This document shows, in pieces, positions 53,351-64,000 of a stretch of 64,000 bases of DNA (position 1 is its first letter; each line of letters opens with the position of its first letter). The stretch is from Takakia lepidozioides (Eukaryota > Plantae > Bryophyta). The position numbers and the translations under genes were made by a program. Under the pieces are notes generated by a model, which did not search any database, was not told the DNA's origin, and saw only the letters and a program-made list of their open reading frames with translations. Location: assembly GCA_030704615.1 (NCBI GenBank), contig CM060731.1, forward strand, positions 69,006,001 to 69,070,000, given 5' to 3'.

Positions 53351-54325
53351 CCTTGCGGCTCGATGTGCCTCCTGTTGCACCCAATTCTTCTAGGAGGAGG
53401 AAGCACGTTTGAGGCTGTCCTGAATCTTCACCTCCCTCCCTCTCTCCTTCTCCCTCTCTCCTCTCTCTCTCTCTCACTCGCTGGCTGCGCGCAGGGACGG
53501 CCGCGATTTATACTTGAGAGGCACGTATATGTGCTTACCTGTATCTTATTCTGTCTTTCCTTTTTTCCTTATCCTTAACTTTGTCTTTTTTAGGAATAGA
53601 TAAAGTGATGATGAAAACCTGTACAGCTTTATAGATAAAGTTGTCCTTTCTTTAGAAACTTTATCTTTATCTTTAGAGCATATTTACTTTCACGTTACTT
53701 GGAGGGAGGTGGAGCAGGGCCTCAGTTGAGAATTTCGAATGATCCACAGTTTCCATGCACAGCAGCATCGTGATTGTGTGAGAGAATGGAAGCTCGTGAT
53801 CTGCCGCACAGCCAAGAAGGTCGCAGTAAGCGGATTATAATAGCAGGGGAGTATCCGGCAAGGCGTGTTAAAAGTGTAATCGCCTGTTTCCTAGTGCAAG
53901 CCCCGAGTGTTTGTGTGAGGACTAATCAAACGTGTTTTGAAAAGTCTTTTTTGTTTGAAATCGTCTTGCTTGCTGAGGCGGCCCCGAGTTGTTTTCAATT
54001 ATACAAACCTTATGTTTAATTGTTCGGTAGTCCCCTCATCGTTACAGAGCAACATGCCAGTGATGCTGAATGTCAACTTGTGAAGAGAATCTGACTTGTC
54101 AGAAGTCGATCGAGTCCTTTGTTACCTTCGTTTTTCTGATGCCCTGCATAAGCCTAGGTCAGGGCGCTTAACTGTTGCTTCTGTTCATGAGATGCTTGTA
54201 GAGCTAATGTTTTGTTCGTAGTTCTAATTGCCTTTTCCCCTATGTCGCTTGTTTGGTAGCATAAGAGCTCAGACCTTCATGACGTCCGGACGGATGCGAT
54301 ACAAGACACGTCCACAGAAAAGGAC

Positions 54326-55081
54326 ATGGAAATGGCAGCCACACACCAGGCTGAACAGGCAGACATTCGAAAGATCCAGGACCCTCCGGAGCATGGTACG
54401 GATCATGGGAGTGCAGCAGAAGATGAAGATGGACCTGGAACTCTTGTCGAGCAGAAAACCTTGTCCAAGGAGATGGAAGCCAACATTCACCTCCTCCGAC
54501 AAAAAGTCGAGCAGTTTACTCAGCAGGTCACCACTAAATTGAAAGCTATTCCACAATATCAGAGTAAAGTCTCCTGAAGGATAGTTTTGCTGAGTGTGAC
54601 ACAACTGTATGAGAGGTTCCGAAGGGGCCGGGGCAGCGGGTTAGAGCACGTGTGAAAGGGATCATTCAACGTTTGAAGCTTTTCCATAAGACAACTCGTT
54701 GTACAGGTCTCCGGATTGCTGGATACAGGGAAAGCCTACTTTCTCGATGCATCAAATGCTTTTGAGGAAGGCATCGTACAGTATCCTTTTCCCTGTAGGA
54801 CAAGCGATTATTTACAAATCTTTCAGTAGCAATCATTCCAACTATTAAGTTTGTACTCATAATAGTAATCTTTGTCTCGTGTTTTCTTAACTCCAATCAG
54901 ATTACATCAGAAGTTAGTTGAAAAGTGGGAGGAGCAAATAGAGGAGCTGCGCACTCTTGACGCTTCAAATGAAGACATTAGGAGCCGCCTTGGCAGTGCC
55001 AGGGAGCTTGTGGCCATGATACAATCCCAGAAATCCCCTCTCAGTAGTCATCTCCATCAACCTGCTGAATGTGAGGGCTGA
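54326..55081 (+). CDS. Small coiled-coil protein, probably KNB36 (knotted1-binding protein 36)-like; exons 54326-54526, 54707-54780, 54901-55081 (151 aa)
   Basis: The spliced product contains EMEANI..KVEQFTQQVSGLLDTGK...FEE..LH..VEKWEEQIEELRTLDASNE. GT-AG phases are consistent; the family name is from recall. Confidence 0.7.
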
Positions 55082-56558
55082 ATACATGTAGGAAAATACC
55101 TCCAGCCCGTATGACTTCCAATCACTTGCAACAGGCACTTCCCAGTCTGGAAATACACTATGCTTGGACATGATGACCACAGATTTCCCCAAGAAAGTGG
55201 TCAGTTCTAACAATTGTAGCAACTCAGAAACTAGAACCTCTGTGTGTTGTCTAACCTTGTTTAGACCAAGATCATTTTGCAAAAGACCATTACAGGCGTA
55301 AATTGGGTTGCAAGGGCATTACACCAGGAAGACCTTTTGCATATCCTTTCAGAACTTGCTTCATGGAACTTAGCTTCTTTTCTTCTTAGGCCTTTAGAGT
55401 CACCTACTGACATGATTCATTTTAGAAGAGTGAATGTATGGAGATCATCAACACAGAGGAGTACTTCACAGTTTCAGGATGGTACTCTCCTACAATGTGA
55501 GGACACAGCGAAAGCTCTAATAGTTTACTCCCATTTTACTAGACAATCCTGAACTCAGCCGTCCACAAGTCCTGGTTCACCTTGGCTGAAACCAAGCAAT
55601 CACTCACATACTCGGAAAAAACTCTGACATGAAGCTGTTGCATGATGAATCTTAGCCTTCTCTGACTCTGGTTTCCTGTTTTCTCTCATGTTTTTCTTTC
55701 CATTTTGTCCCATAAGCTCTATGAGCTTTCCGCAGACGTTATAAAGAACCATTTCATTTCATTTCATTTCTCCCTTCTCCTGGCAGGCTGCAGGCACTTT
55801 TTCCTATGGAAAATTCTCATAAATTGTCTGAGACTTGACACAGTGTTGCAGCACTGTGAGCCGTGCTATCATGTGAGTACCAAGACTCTGAATGATGATA
55901 CTCCCTGTACATACCCTGAAAGAATGCATCTCCTTGCTTTTTTGATAGAGGGGAACAAGGTTTCTTGAGGATGGAGACCCCTGCTTTTCTTTTGCATTGT
56001 CGCATTTGCTACTTCAATTGTCTTTGTCAATTGATTCGCCTGTGAGGAAGGAGGCTAATACACGTGACTGCCTGGAATGGAGAGGCTCCCCAGTTGTATC
56101 AATTGAAGGGCTCCACAAGGAACAAGATGAGAGAGATGCTTGGTTCAAAGACCTCGATACATCAGATTCATGGGGAATGCTGCTATCTGTTGGTAAAATA
56201 TTTTGTGGTAGCTCCTTTTCTACTGATGTCACTCTACATCTGCAGTATTATTAATCCATAACCCTGTCAAAGATTCAGTATCTTCAGCTCTTCAAGCAGA
56301 CAGAAAGCATGATGTCTGGTTGTTTCTCTATGGCTGAGTCATGAAGTGATGTGTATACTGTGTAGTGAAGACTTCTTTCCCAAGCACATGTGAATTGAGC
56401 AATGACCTGACATCCCGTACATGGATAGGCAGACAAACCCTCCCAAGCTTGTCACAATCTGCCCTTCCCCAGTGCAGGATTGAGTCATCAAGGAACACCA
56501 ATGACCCAATGAAGGACAACAGAAAAAGAGGATTTGATATGCACTCAACACGCAGTTC

Positions 56559-56771
56559 ACCATTCAGTGTTGGAGTACCCAGACCCCCACCCACTAAAAC
56601 AGGGGAGGAAGTTTTGATCCTTGAAGGACTCCAGCTGGATTGGACCAAACCCGCTCGTTTTGACTGCTTTGTGTTTTTCAACCAAGCCAAGGTATCCACC
56701 CCCATTAGATGCCCTGAATCGTTCAGCAACGTCCACATTCCGGCATGAAGGCTAGTGCTGCGAAAACATGG
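56559..56771 (+). pseudogene. Second PPO C-terminal fragment, an inverted copy of 50606-50831
   Basis: Reverse-complement match of about 200 bp with a small indel. Confidence 0.8.
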
Positions 56772-57895
56772 CGGGCAGCGCTGGGGATGAAATTGTGAAA
56801 CTTGGGAAAGACCTCTTAATGTCGTTGTTACTCTTGTGCCAAGGGGATCACCTGTCTCGATTCGATTCACTACAGCTCGGATTCAGTATGAGTCATGACG
56901 ACCGACGTGTGATGACCCAGTCTTAGAACCTTAGAAGTTGTTCAATAATGCTTCACAAGCGCCTGGCAAGTGCGCGGAAGGGAATCTCAGCTCGGTGTCA
57001 TGCAGATTAATAACGTCAATAAAGCACGTAAATCACCAGGGACAACTTAGAGACAGCTTAAAGAGAGAGGTGGATTCAGCATTAATATTCAGATCATACT
57101 AGTTACAAGATAGTCGATGTATGTACATGTTTTCTTTGTTCTGAAGTTGTCTGTGAACCATGAATCCATGATACATATAACAAAAGGAAAGTGACAAGAT
57201 CTCGAGTACAATTACTAAATCCGTCTTCAGTTGGGGCGACCCTTCTAGAGATGAGTCGGATACACGTCTTTGTTATAACTGGTCAAAGTGTTGGGTGACT
57301 CTCCTCGCCAGCTCAAGTGGCAGCTCCGGTTTCAGCTGGAAACTCACGTGCGAGAATATATGAAGCTCGGTCACTTTTATCTCGTGCTGGTTTCCAGGTA
57401 CAGTGTTCCGACGAGCAGTAAACTGTAAATCCAGTGGCTTGAACAATATGGCGTACAACAATTGGCGTACTGGTCATATGTGTGCAGTTTCCTCCCCGTT
57501 TCCTCTAGCCACGTCACGCACTGATTCTCTTCAAGTTTGCAGTTTTGGATCTGAACGCAGTCTCATTTTAGAGCCAGCCTTGTCCAACTCGATGGATCCT
57601 CTGACAATTCTAAAGACGGGTGTCCTTTTGGTTGTTGGTCTGTTATTGAGTGGTGTTTGTCCGGGGGTGGTCCGACCTAAAGATCTTTGTCAGGAAGGTT
57701 ATATTGTGTGAAGTACTCCTCATGTGCATTAGTGCCACACCTGAGGCTTGCTGGTGCACCACAAGCCTTGAAAACTTCTCATTTTGTGAAGAACATTCTC
57801 ACTTAGAGAGATGTAAAGTTCTTATAAGAGCGAATTCACCCGCCCATGTTGCCTCAGAGGCCAAATTATATTAATCATTGCGTCCACTGACTAGT

Positions 57896-59467
57896 TCACT
57901 TTTCCATCTCAATTTTTATCCCAGTGAAGGAGATCGGTGCCCCGTTTGTTCTGCCTGCAATTGTGACCACTACACAATCACAGTGCAGGGAGGTCAATCC
58001 AAGCTGCTCCATTTTCTTTCGAATTCCTGTTCTCCATGACACGCCGATCCTGTCTGTTTTCACGCTGGAAGTTACAAAGCTGAAGGAGCCTAGGTATCCC
58101 TGCGAGTTCGCGCTCAACGTTACTTTAGTCGCATTGAAGGTGAAGAGGAACACATCAAACTGTGCTGGTATCGTCCAGTCGGTCTGCACGCCTTCGACGA
58201 CCAGAATCTCCTCCCCAACGTCCGAGTTGGATATATTCCTCCAGGGTCTTGGCACGCAGCAAGTGAATGGAGAGGCACCAAGGACTGTCTTAGTGGTGGA
58301 AGCCAATGGGACAGACTTGGCTTTATCAGCCATCTCCACTGGGGACAGCATAGCATAGCGCTGCGGATTGGGTGACTTCCAGGAATTAACAACTTGTTCG
58401 TATTCATAGCCCAGAGCTCTTGAATCGAGACTGTCGGAAACCCTTACACGGACCAAGTTCTTGTTCTCGTCGTAGAAGATAAACTCGGCATCAAGATAGT
58501 CGGGGTCTATAATGTCAGTATTGTTGGGGCTAAGGCTCTTCCACATATCCCACAAGCGGTCAATGTTCGCGTGGTGCGTAAAGAAAACTGGATCTCTTGC
58601 AGAGAACTGCAAAGTGCCCATGTCAATACTATCCACATCGCTCCCTGTCCACCTGTGCACCTGCGAGTGTGCAGCATATTCCGCAACGCCCCCAGCTTGT
58701 GGAGGTGAGTCACCATATCGATAAGATTGTCCAAAGAAAAGCGATGGAGTTGTGGCACCGCCAACATAATTCTGGTACATGAAGTTATTGTTGGCAGCAC
58801 GAAGAATCTCCGGATCTGTGATCGGCTTACATCCGGAGCCAAAATTTAGATCCACCAGAGCAGGAGGCTGGTGGCAAGCAGAACGAAGCGGGTCGTACAG
58901 AGATGATGTATTATCAGCGAAACATGCAGGGAGAGTGTTTGCAAGCGGGTGGTTGCCGGAGGAGGTTTGGTTGTCCCAATTCCAGAATGGGAGAGCAAAA
59001 GTATCATCGTTGATGAGGCTGCAGAGAATGCGCTCGTGGAAGTAGAGATACCACCGGTGCCACGCCAGGAACAGCCAGCCACCATGGATGTCGAGTATCT
59101 TCCTGGTCTTGGGCTGAACAAAGGCGTTGCCGCAGTAAGCACAGTGCATGTGCCATTGCTCCTCATGCGATCGTGGATCATCGCTGGGAAGATCTCGCAT
59201 AAGCCTCACAGCTCTTTCATACTTTGCAATGTATCTCCCATCCACATTCTGGACTGCTTGCCTCCTTTTCAATGCAGAGAAATTCTGGAAACTAAAGTTC
59301 CTGATGGGTTCTGTGGAGATCGGAGGACAGCACCCTTGATTGTTGTTGCACCTCGCGAAATCCGGAGCAGGCATGGGGGCTCCATGCACGCCTCCACAGG
59401 AAAGGCTACTGCTTCCAGCCACTACAACCAATCCAATGAAAACAATACGCCAGGCACCCTCCATCAT
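57896..59467 (-). CDS. PPO: Polyphenol oxidase (catechol oxidase), intronless, with an N-terminal signal peptide
   Basis: CuA HCAYC...HGGWLFLAWHRWYL; CuB HSQVH...DPVFFTHHANIDRLW; DWL-domain DYL..FYDEN; KFDV-like QFDVF; hydrophobic N-terminus from MMEG. Confidence 0.95.
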   Translation of the reverse strand: MMEGAWRIVFIGLVVVAGSSSLSCGGVHGAPMPAPDFARCNNNQGCCPPISTEPIRNFSFQNFSALKRRQAVQNVDGRYIAKYERAVRLMRDLPSDDPRSHEEQWHMHCAYCGNAFVQPKTRKILDIHGGWLFLAWHRWYLYFHERILCSLINDDTFALPFWNWDNQTSSGNHPLANTLPACFADNTSSLYDPLRSACHQPPALVDLNFGSGCKPITDPEILRAANNNFMYQNYVGGATTPSLFFGQSYRYGDSPPQAGGVAEYAAHSQVHRWTGSDVDSIDMGTLQFSARDPVFFTHHANIDRLWDMWKSLSPNNTDIIDPDYLDAEFIFYDENKNLVRVRVSDSLDSRALGYEYEQVVNSWKSPNPQRYAMLSPVEMADKAKSVPLASTTKTVLGASPFTCCVPRPWRNISNSDVGEEILVVEGVQTDWTIPAQFDVFLFTFNATKVTLSANSQGYLGSFSFVTSSVKTDRIGVSWRTGIRKKMEQLGLTSLHCDCVVVTIAGRTNGAPISFTGIKIEMEK

Positions 59468-59533
59468 ATCTTGCCAATCCTCCACAGCCGCGCACACAAC
59501 TCCCTCAAAGTCTCGCTCTCTGTGTCTGTGTCT

Positions 59534-59567
<34 letters not shown>

Positions 59568-60395
59568 GAAAGAAGCTGCATTGGCTCTCCCTTTATACTA
59601 CTCTCTCACAAATCAGCCTCGGGGAGACAAATCAAGGCAAATAAAACTAGTTTTAAAAAACAAAATAGCTATTATACTATGCAATACCTCTCAGTGGATA
59701 ATTATTTTATCCATTATTTTCTTTTTATTATTAAATTTTTAAAGCATCTTCCACTTGGATCCCATGCTCAAGTATATTCAATTATTATCAGTTAAAAATA
59801 GTTTATCTCAATTAAGACAATTCTGAAACAAGCCGATTGTTCCCTTTCAGGGGTGGGCCCTTATGGTAGGGCTGATGTATACAGTTAGGGGAAAGGAGGT
59901 TCAGGGTTCAAATTCTGACTCTTCATATTTTCTGTACAATGGAACATCCTGTCAAATTTTAAGTGATGTTTTCAATATGAAAATGCTTGATTTTTCTCAC
60001 AACATTGCCTCTTGTGGAACCAAGTGTTAAGATTAATTTTATGTACTGCAAGAAACATGGTTATTATTTCACAAGGGCACAAGGGCACCGAAAAATATTG
60101 TGCAACTGCAGAACTTGCCATAGAGGGATCCCGCAATTTCTATCGATGGCCAAAAAACACCTAACAAAGTATGGGAGGGACCCAAACCTTCGACAGTGTA
60201 CAGTTCCGGTACGCCTTGCACGATGCACGCACTCTGACATGCTCGCAGCACGCCCGCGCATGTCCGCATTTTGGACAGTCGTGGAGTGACTGGAGTCCGA
60301 ACTACATGTCGTTCTTCCGTTGGATGTATTGGAGTCATGGAGTCGTAGTGATGGAGTTGATGGGCCTGCAGTTCGAACAACGACCATCCCCAATG

Positions 60396-63203
60396 TGGAA
60401 ATGCAGCACCGCATTTCCAATTCCGCCATCTCGACCTCCTTGTTCGACCTCCTTGTTCGACCTCTGTAAGCGTGGTGGCATCCATGCAATGAGCGGGAGA
60501 GGCCAAAACTGGCGTGTGGACAAAGGAAATTTTGGAAATGCGGCACCGCATTTCCAATCGGCCGATTACTTTTTACTATGCCAACATTGAAATGGAAAAT
60601 TTAGTCCCTCCCCTCTTTTGGAAATGCGGTGCTGCATTTCCAAAAGAGGTTTTTAGAGTTGCCAAAATTTTGGAAATGCGGTACCCCATTTCTGATTTTG
60701 GGAGCGTCGTGGTTTGGGCGATTGTGTGGCTGGAATGTACACTGGAGAGGGGTCACGAATGTCGTGGAGAATTTCCTTTATATACTCTGGAAGAGAATTT
60801 ACATTTACAGAGACTTCATTAAAATTCTATTAATCTTGAAAATCATCCGAATCCTCATCCTGTTCTAGACTGTCCTGCTCCGCCTCCACCCCCTCAGTGC
60901 CTTTCTCATCTCCAGCGGACTGCTCGTTGGCCAGGCTTTCGAAAATCCCATCTTCCCCTTGCGGAACTGTCCATCTCACCTCCGTTGGGTCGTCTTCCTC
61001 CCTGTCTGCGTCGCTCTCATCCGCTGAATCACATATGTACTTTCGTACCCGTCTACCTGTCTGAGCTGCTGCCAACTCTTTCCTTATCCTTCTGTCCTCC
61101 CTAGCCCTCTCCAAAATCTGCTCTACTTTACTGGGATTCTCACTTCTTCTAATCGCTGTATTTGCGAGTTTAGTTGCATAACTAGGAAGGGAGTAGTCCC
61201 TCACCGGGCTCGTCATGAAGTCGGCCCTCGCAAAGAACGGGACATTCTTCCTGGCAGGAAGTGTAGGCCCTACATGTTTCGACCCGGACCCTGCAATCCT
61301 GCACATGACAATCATCAACGAGACTAATGAGAACCACAGTCCGGAAATTCGTTTGACAAAAATGACCCAGAAGGCTTTGCAAACTTACAATGTTTGCACT
61401 CACTCGTATTCCGGGTTCTCCTCCGCATCAATGTCCACTGTGTCTTCCTCGGACTCCGACGAATCCGAGGAGACTTCCGCTCTGTCGGGAGCCTTAACAT
61501 TCCGTTGCAGCCCTTCCAGATGGGATCCCCACACGGATGAATCCTCCTCGTAGGCAAAGAGGTGCCGGTCGGAAAACCGCCCAGCCCACATTGAGGCACC
61601 TGTTACAATGCCATCCACACATTACAACATCGCGCTTCAGATGTTGCGAACTACATCCTAACGAGAATTTGCAGAACAACATAGATCAAGATTCTGCATA
61701 CCTGTCCCACAGATGAGGTCGAGCACTGTGCCCTCCACGTCTGTGCATGTCTCCATAATTGTCTGAATGAAGGCAGGGCTCCGAGTCCGTGAGTACCGCA
61801 GGGGTTCCGTTGAAGTGAGGCTATGAGGGAGAAGTTCCTTGGGAACGTTGTTGAACAGAACGTCGTAATCGAGGGGGTCGCAGTTCGGGTCAACCTTTCC
61901 TCCCTCCTTCCGAAAAGCAAAGGTGGAGTTCTCCTTCACAAAGCAGTATGCATCGAACTGCTTCGTCTGCATACACAAGGGGGAACGATTAGAAACCGAA
62001 TGCGGCACCGCATTTGAAAACACCCAAGCAAATGAATGGACGAGTGCCAGTGTCGTAATCACCTTCTTCCCTTCTGACCGAAGGCCCAGTGTGTTGATGC
62101 ACGTCCACTTCTTTTTCAGAATCGGGACGGCGCTCTTGCGGGTCCACTTTGCAATTCCTGTCTGAGTGTTTTTTCCTCTGCTCACCAGGACAACCACACA
62201 GCCTCTGTCGTCCAACACCAGCGGGCAAGCCCGAATCCTTTCTTCCAAAAGTCCTCCGAGTACCTGTTCCAAGATAGCAAAGCTTGCAGTCCTTCCACAG
62301 GCTCTCCATCCGGAATATCCAAGATGATCATATCGCAAGACCACTCGGTGGCATTTCCGCCCCTCCTACAATCCTTGTCTGCACACACCCTCTCAAAGAA
62401 CGAGACCATATTCTGAAATCCTGGGGTGTCGGAAGGCTCTTCGGCAGTCGCCTTCTTCAGTGCTCTGCCCTTCAGACCCTCCATGGTGCCAACTTGGCTG
62501 CCCGTCCATCCAAAGCCGCCAAGAAACTCTCATTTACACACTGGACTACTGTTTCGGGAGCCACTTTCGGCCTCTTCATTTCCACCGGCTCGAAAGGGTG
62601 CCTCCCTGGGGGGTTGAAGAGTGCCTTCTTTGCCGAGCCAGTTCTCGTGCCTCTCGTGACAACGGTGGGCACAGGGGAGGCAGCCTGCGTTTGGGGGGGG
62701 TGGGCTGGTTGCAAAGTCTCCATCGGAGTCCTCTTCCTCACCCTCTTCCTGAACAGGCTGTTTCTGCTTCTTCGTTTTGGCGGGTGTCACAACAGCTGCT
62801 CCTTGCTGGCGAGTCCTCTTCTTCGACCCCTTCTGTTGGGCCTGCACAGCTGCATCCACCGTCTTTTGTGCCATCTCAGCTGCCTTTCTGGATTCTTCCA
62901 GAGCAGCAGATTCCTTTGCCGATTTTGGCCCAGCAGGGACACGTCTTTCCTTTCTCTTCTCTTCTGCCAAGGCGTGCAGATCTTTCTCAGACTCGTCAAC
63001 AATACCGCCAGACATATCCAGGTACCAGGGGCATCCAACGAGATGCGCGGGATGCCATTGTTTCTGCATCTCGGGTGTGTAGACACAGCTTGGGCCCGCC
63101 ATATACCTGCAAGACAGTCAGCATGCGTGAGCATAAGATTGGACGAACCTACTCGCAAAGTGCCACCGAAAACATAAAATGCGAATGCGGTGCCGCATTT
63201 CCG
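60396..63203. repeat. Dispersed 24-bp palindrome family B, consensus TGGAAATGCGG(CA/TG)CCGCATTTCCA
   Basis: Copies at 60396, 60533, 60619 (extends to 38 bp, 60612-60649) and 60671, with cores at 61999 and 63184. Confidence 0.9.
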
Positions 63204-64000
63204 AGACAAACCTCGTAACCAGGCTTCGCATACAAGGGCAGCTGTGCTTCACCTGTAAACAATTTGCATTGCAGCTTTCCCCGCTCCCTCCTGGTGTGTA
63301 AACTCCACGCTCCTTCTTGCTGTCTGTAGCTCTCTGGCGAAAAGGTTGTCCTTGTACGCACATCTGAAACGTGTCACGTAGTCTTCCAATGTCTGTGTTC
63401 CATCCCATTTGACGTACAAGCCGAACGAATTTGTGTGCATTACGACTTGCTCCTTCGCATTCGACATTACCTGCGATTCCCAAATGCATTGTCACGTAGC
63501 AGTTCAGGGAATTCATTTCAGAAAAGCAAATATGGGGAAGTACCTTGAATTACCTGGAACCACCAAGTCATGCGGTTGAGCCACACATCCACTGCACGGT
63601 TGGAAACTTCGAGTGGAAAAGACCACATTGTCCTTATGCTCTCGGATGCATTCCAGATCGACAGCCACCGTGTCTGCCATTTCCGATCCAATGTCAGGAG
63701 CTGGAAGAGAGTGGCTATTGCTAGGAAGGAACTTCAGTGCATTGAAACCTCACATTCTCTTTCGCCTCAACACATGCCGTTGAGAGGTGATGCAGTTTCT
63801 CCAATTGCATGGTCGGCTGCATGGCCCGAGAATAGTGTTTTGCAATCTCGGGGATGAAGTCCTTTCCAAGTGCCGGATCTGCAATTGCCACCAGCTTCAC
63901 AAGCTTTGACTTGTATTTGGTTATGGACTTGACACCGGCTTCCTTCAAGTGCTCAGTCAATGACTGCAACGTTTTCACCTGCCCCTCACTTTCCATGAAG
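61400..64000 (-). pseudogene. Multi-exon TE-like gene with a beta-class N4-cytosine/N6-adenine DNA methyltransferase domain (5' end beyond the window; frameshifted)
   Basis: Motif IV-like CDMIILDIPDG precedes RSPAFIQTIMETCTDVEGTVLDLICGTG|ASMWAGRFSDRHLFAYEED (motif X-I-II, joined across the intron at 61600-61701). This is the beta-permuted order. Confidence 0.72.

Noticed and set aside
59468-59581. N-terminal extension of the PPO ORF (RERERE...)
   Set aside because: It is a translation of a GA/TC microsatellite in the 5' region; the real start is likely the ATG at 59467.
58949-59644. 231-aa plus-strand ORF (and similarly 62284-63177, 46696-47379)
   Set aside because: These are antisense or alternate-frame shadows of real coding regions.
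61400-62480. Bacterial contamination as the source of the amino-methyltransferase
   Set aside because: The domain is interrupted by spliceosomal GT-AG introns, and its gene shares a 78-bp segment with another locus in this plant window.

Overview
Eukaryotic nuclear DNA from a land plant, probably a bryophyte. This is inferred from an MIKC*-like MADS box, a signal-peptide PPO, PLS-class PPRs and a Tcn1-like gypsy remnant. The window is rich in transposons. (1) 1-8.9 kb: a near-intact Ty3/gypsy LTR retrotransposon with the order Gag-protease-DNMT3-like cytosine methyltransferase-[TAG CAA CCA]-RT-RNaseH-integrase-PHD. A truncated second gypsy follows it. (2) 10.8-31.8 kb: one or two decayed large DNA elements encoding a ParB-like protein, an FCP1/SCP-like phosphatase and a Sola-like DDD transposase. 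A 24-bp palindrome is scattered through them, and a PPR/OSB-motif pseudogene and a kinase fragment lie in the middle. (3) 37.9-45.2 kb: an NAPRT pseudogene, repeats, a SINE and a hAT MITE. (4) 45.5-59.5 kb: host genes for an LRR-RLP, a GDSL lipase, an intronless MADS-PPR-K chimera, a KNB36-like protein and a polyphenol oxidase. (5) 60.4-64 kb: another element with an intron-containing beta-class N4C/N6A methyltransferase and its own, different 24-bp palindrome. All domain calls come from motif recognition by eye; no database searches were run.
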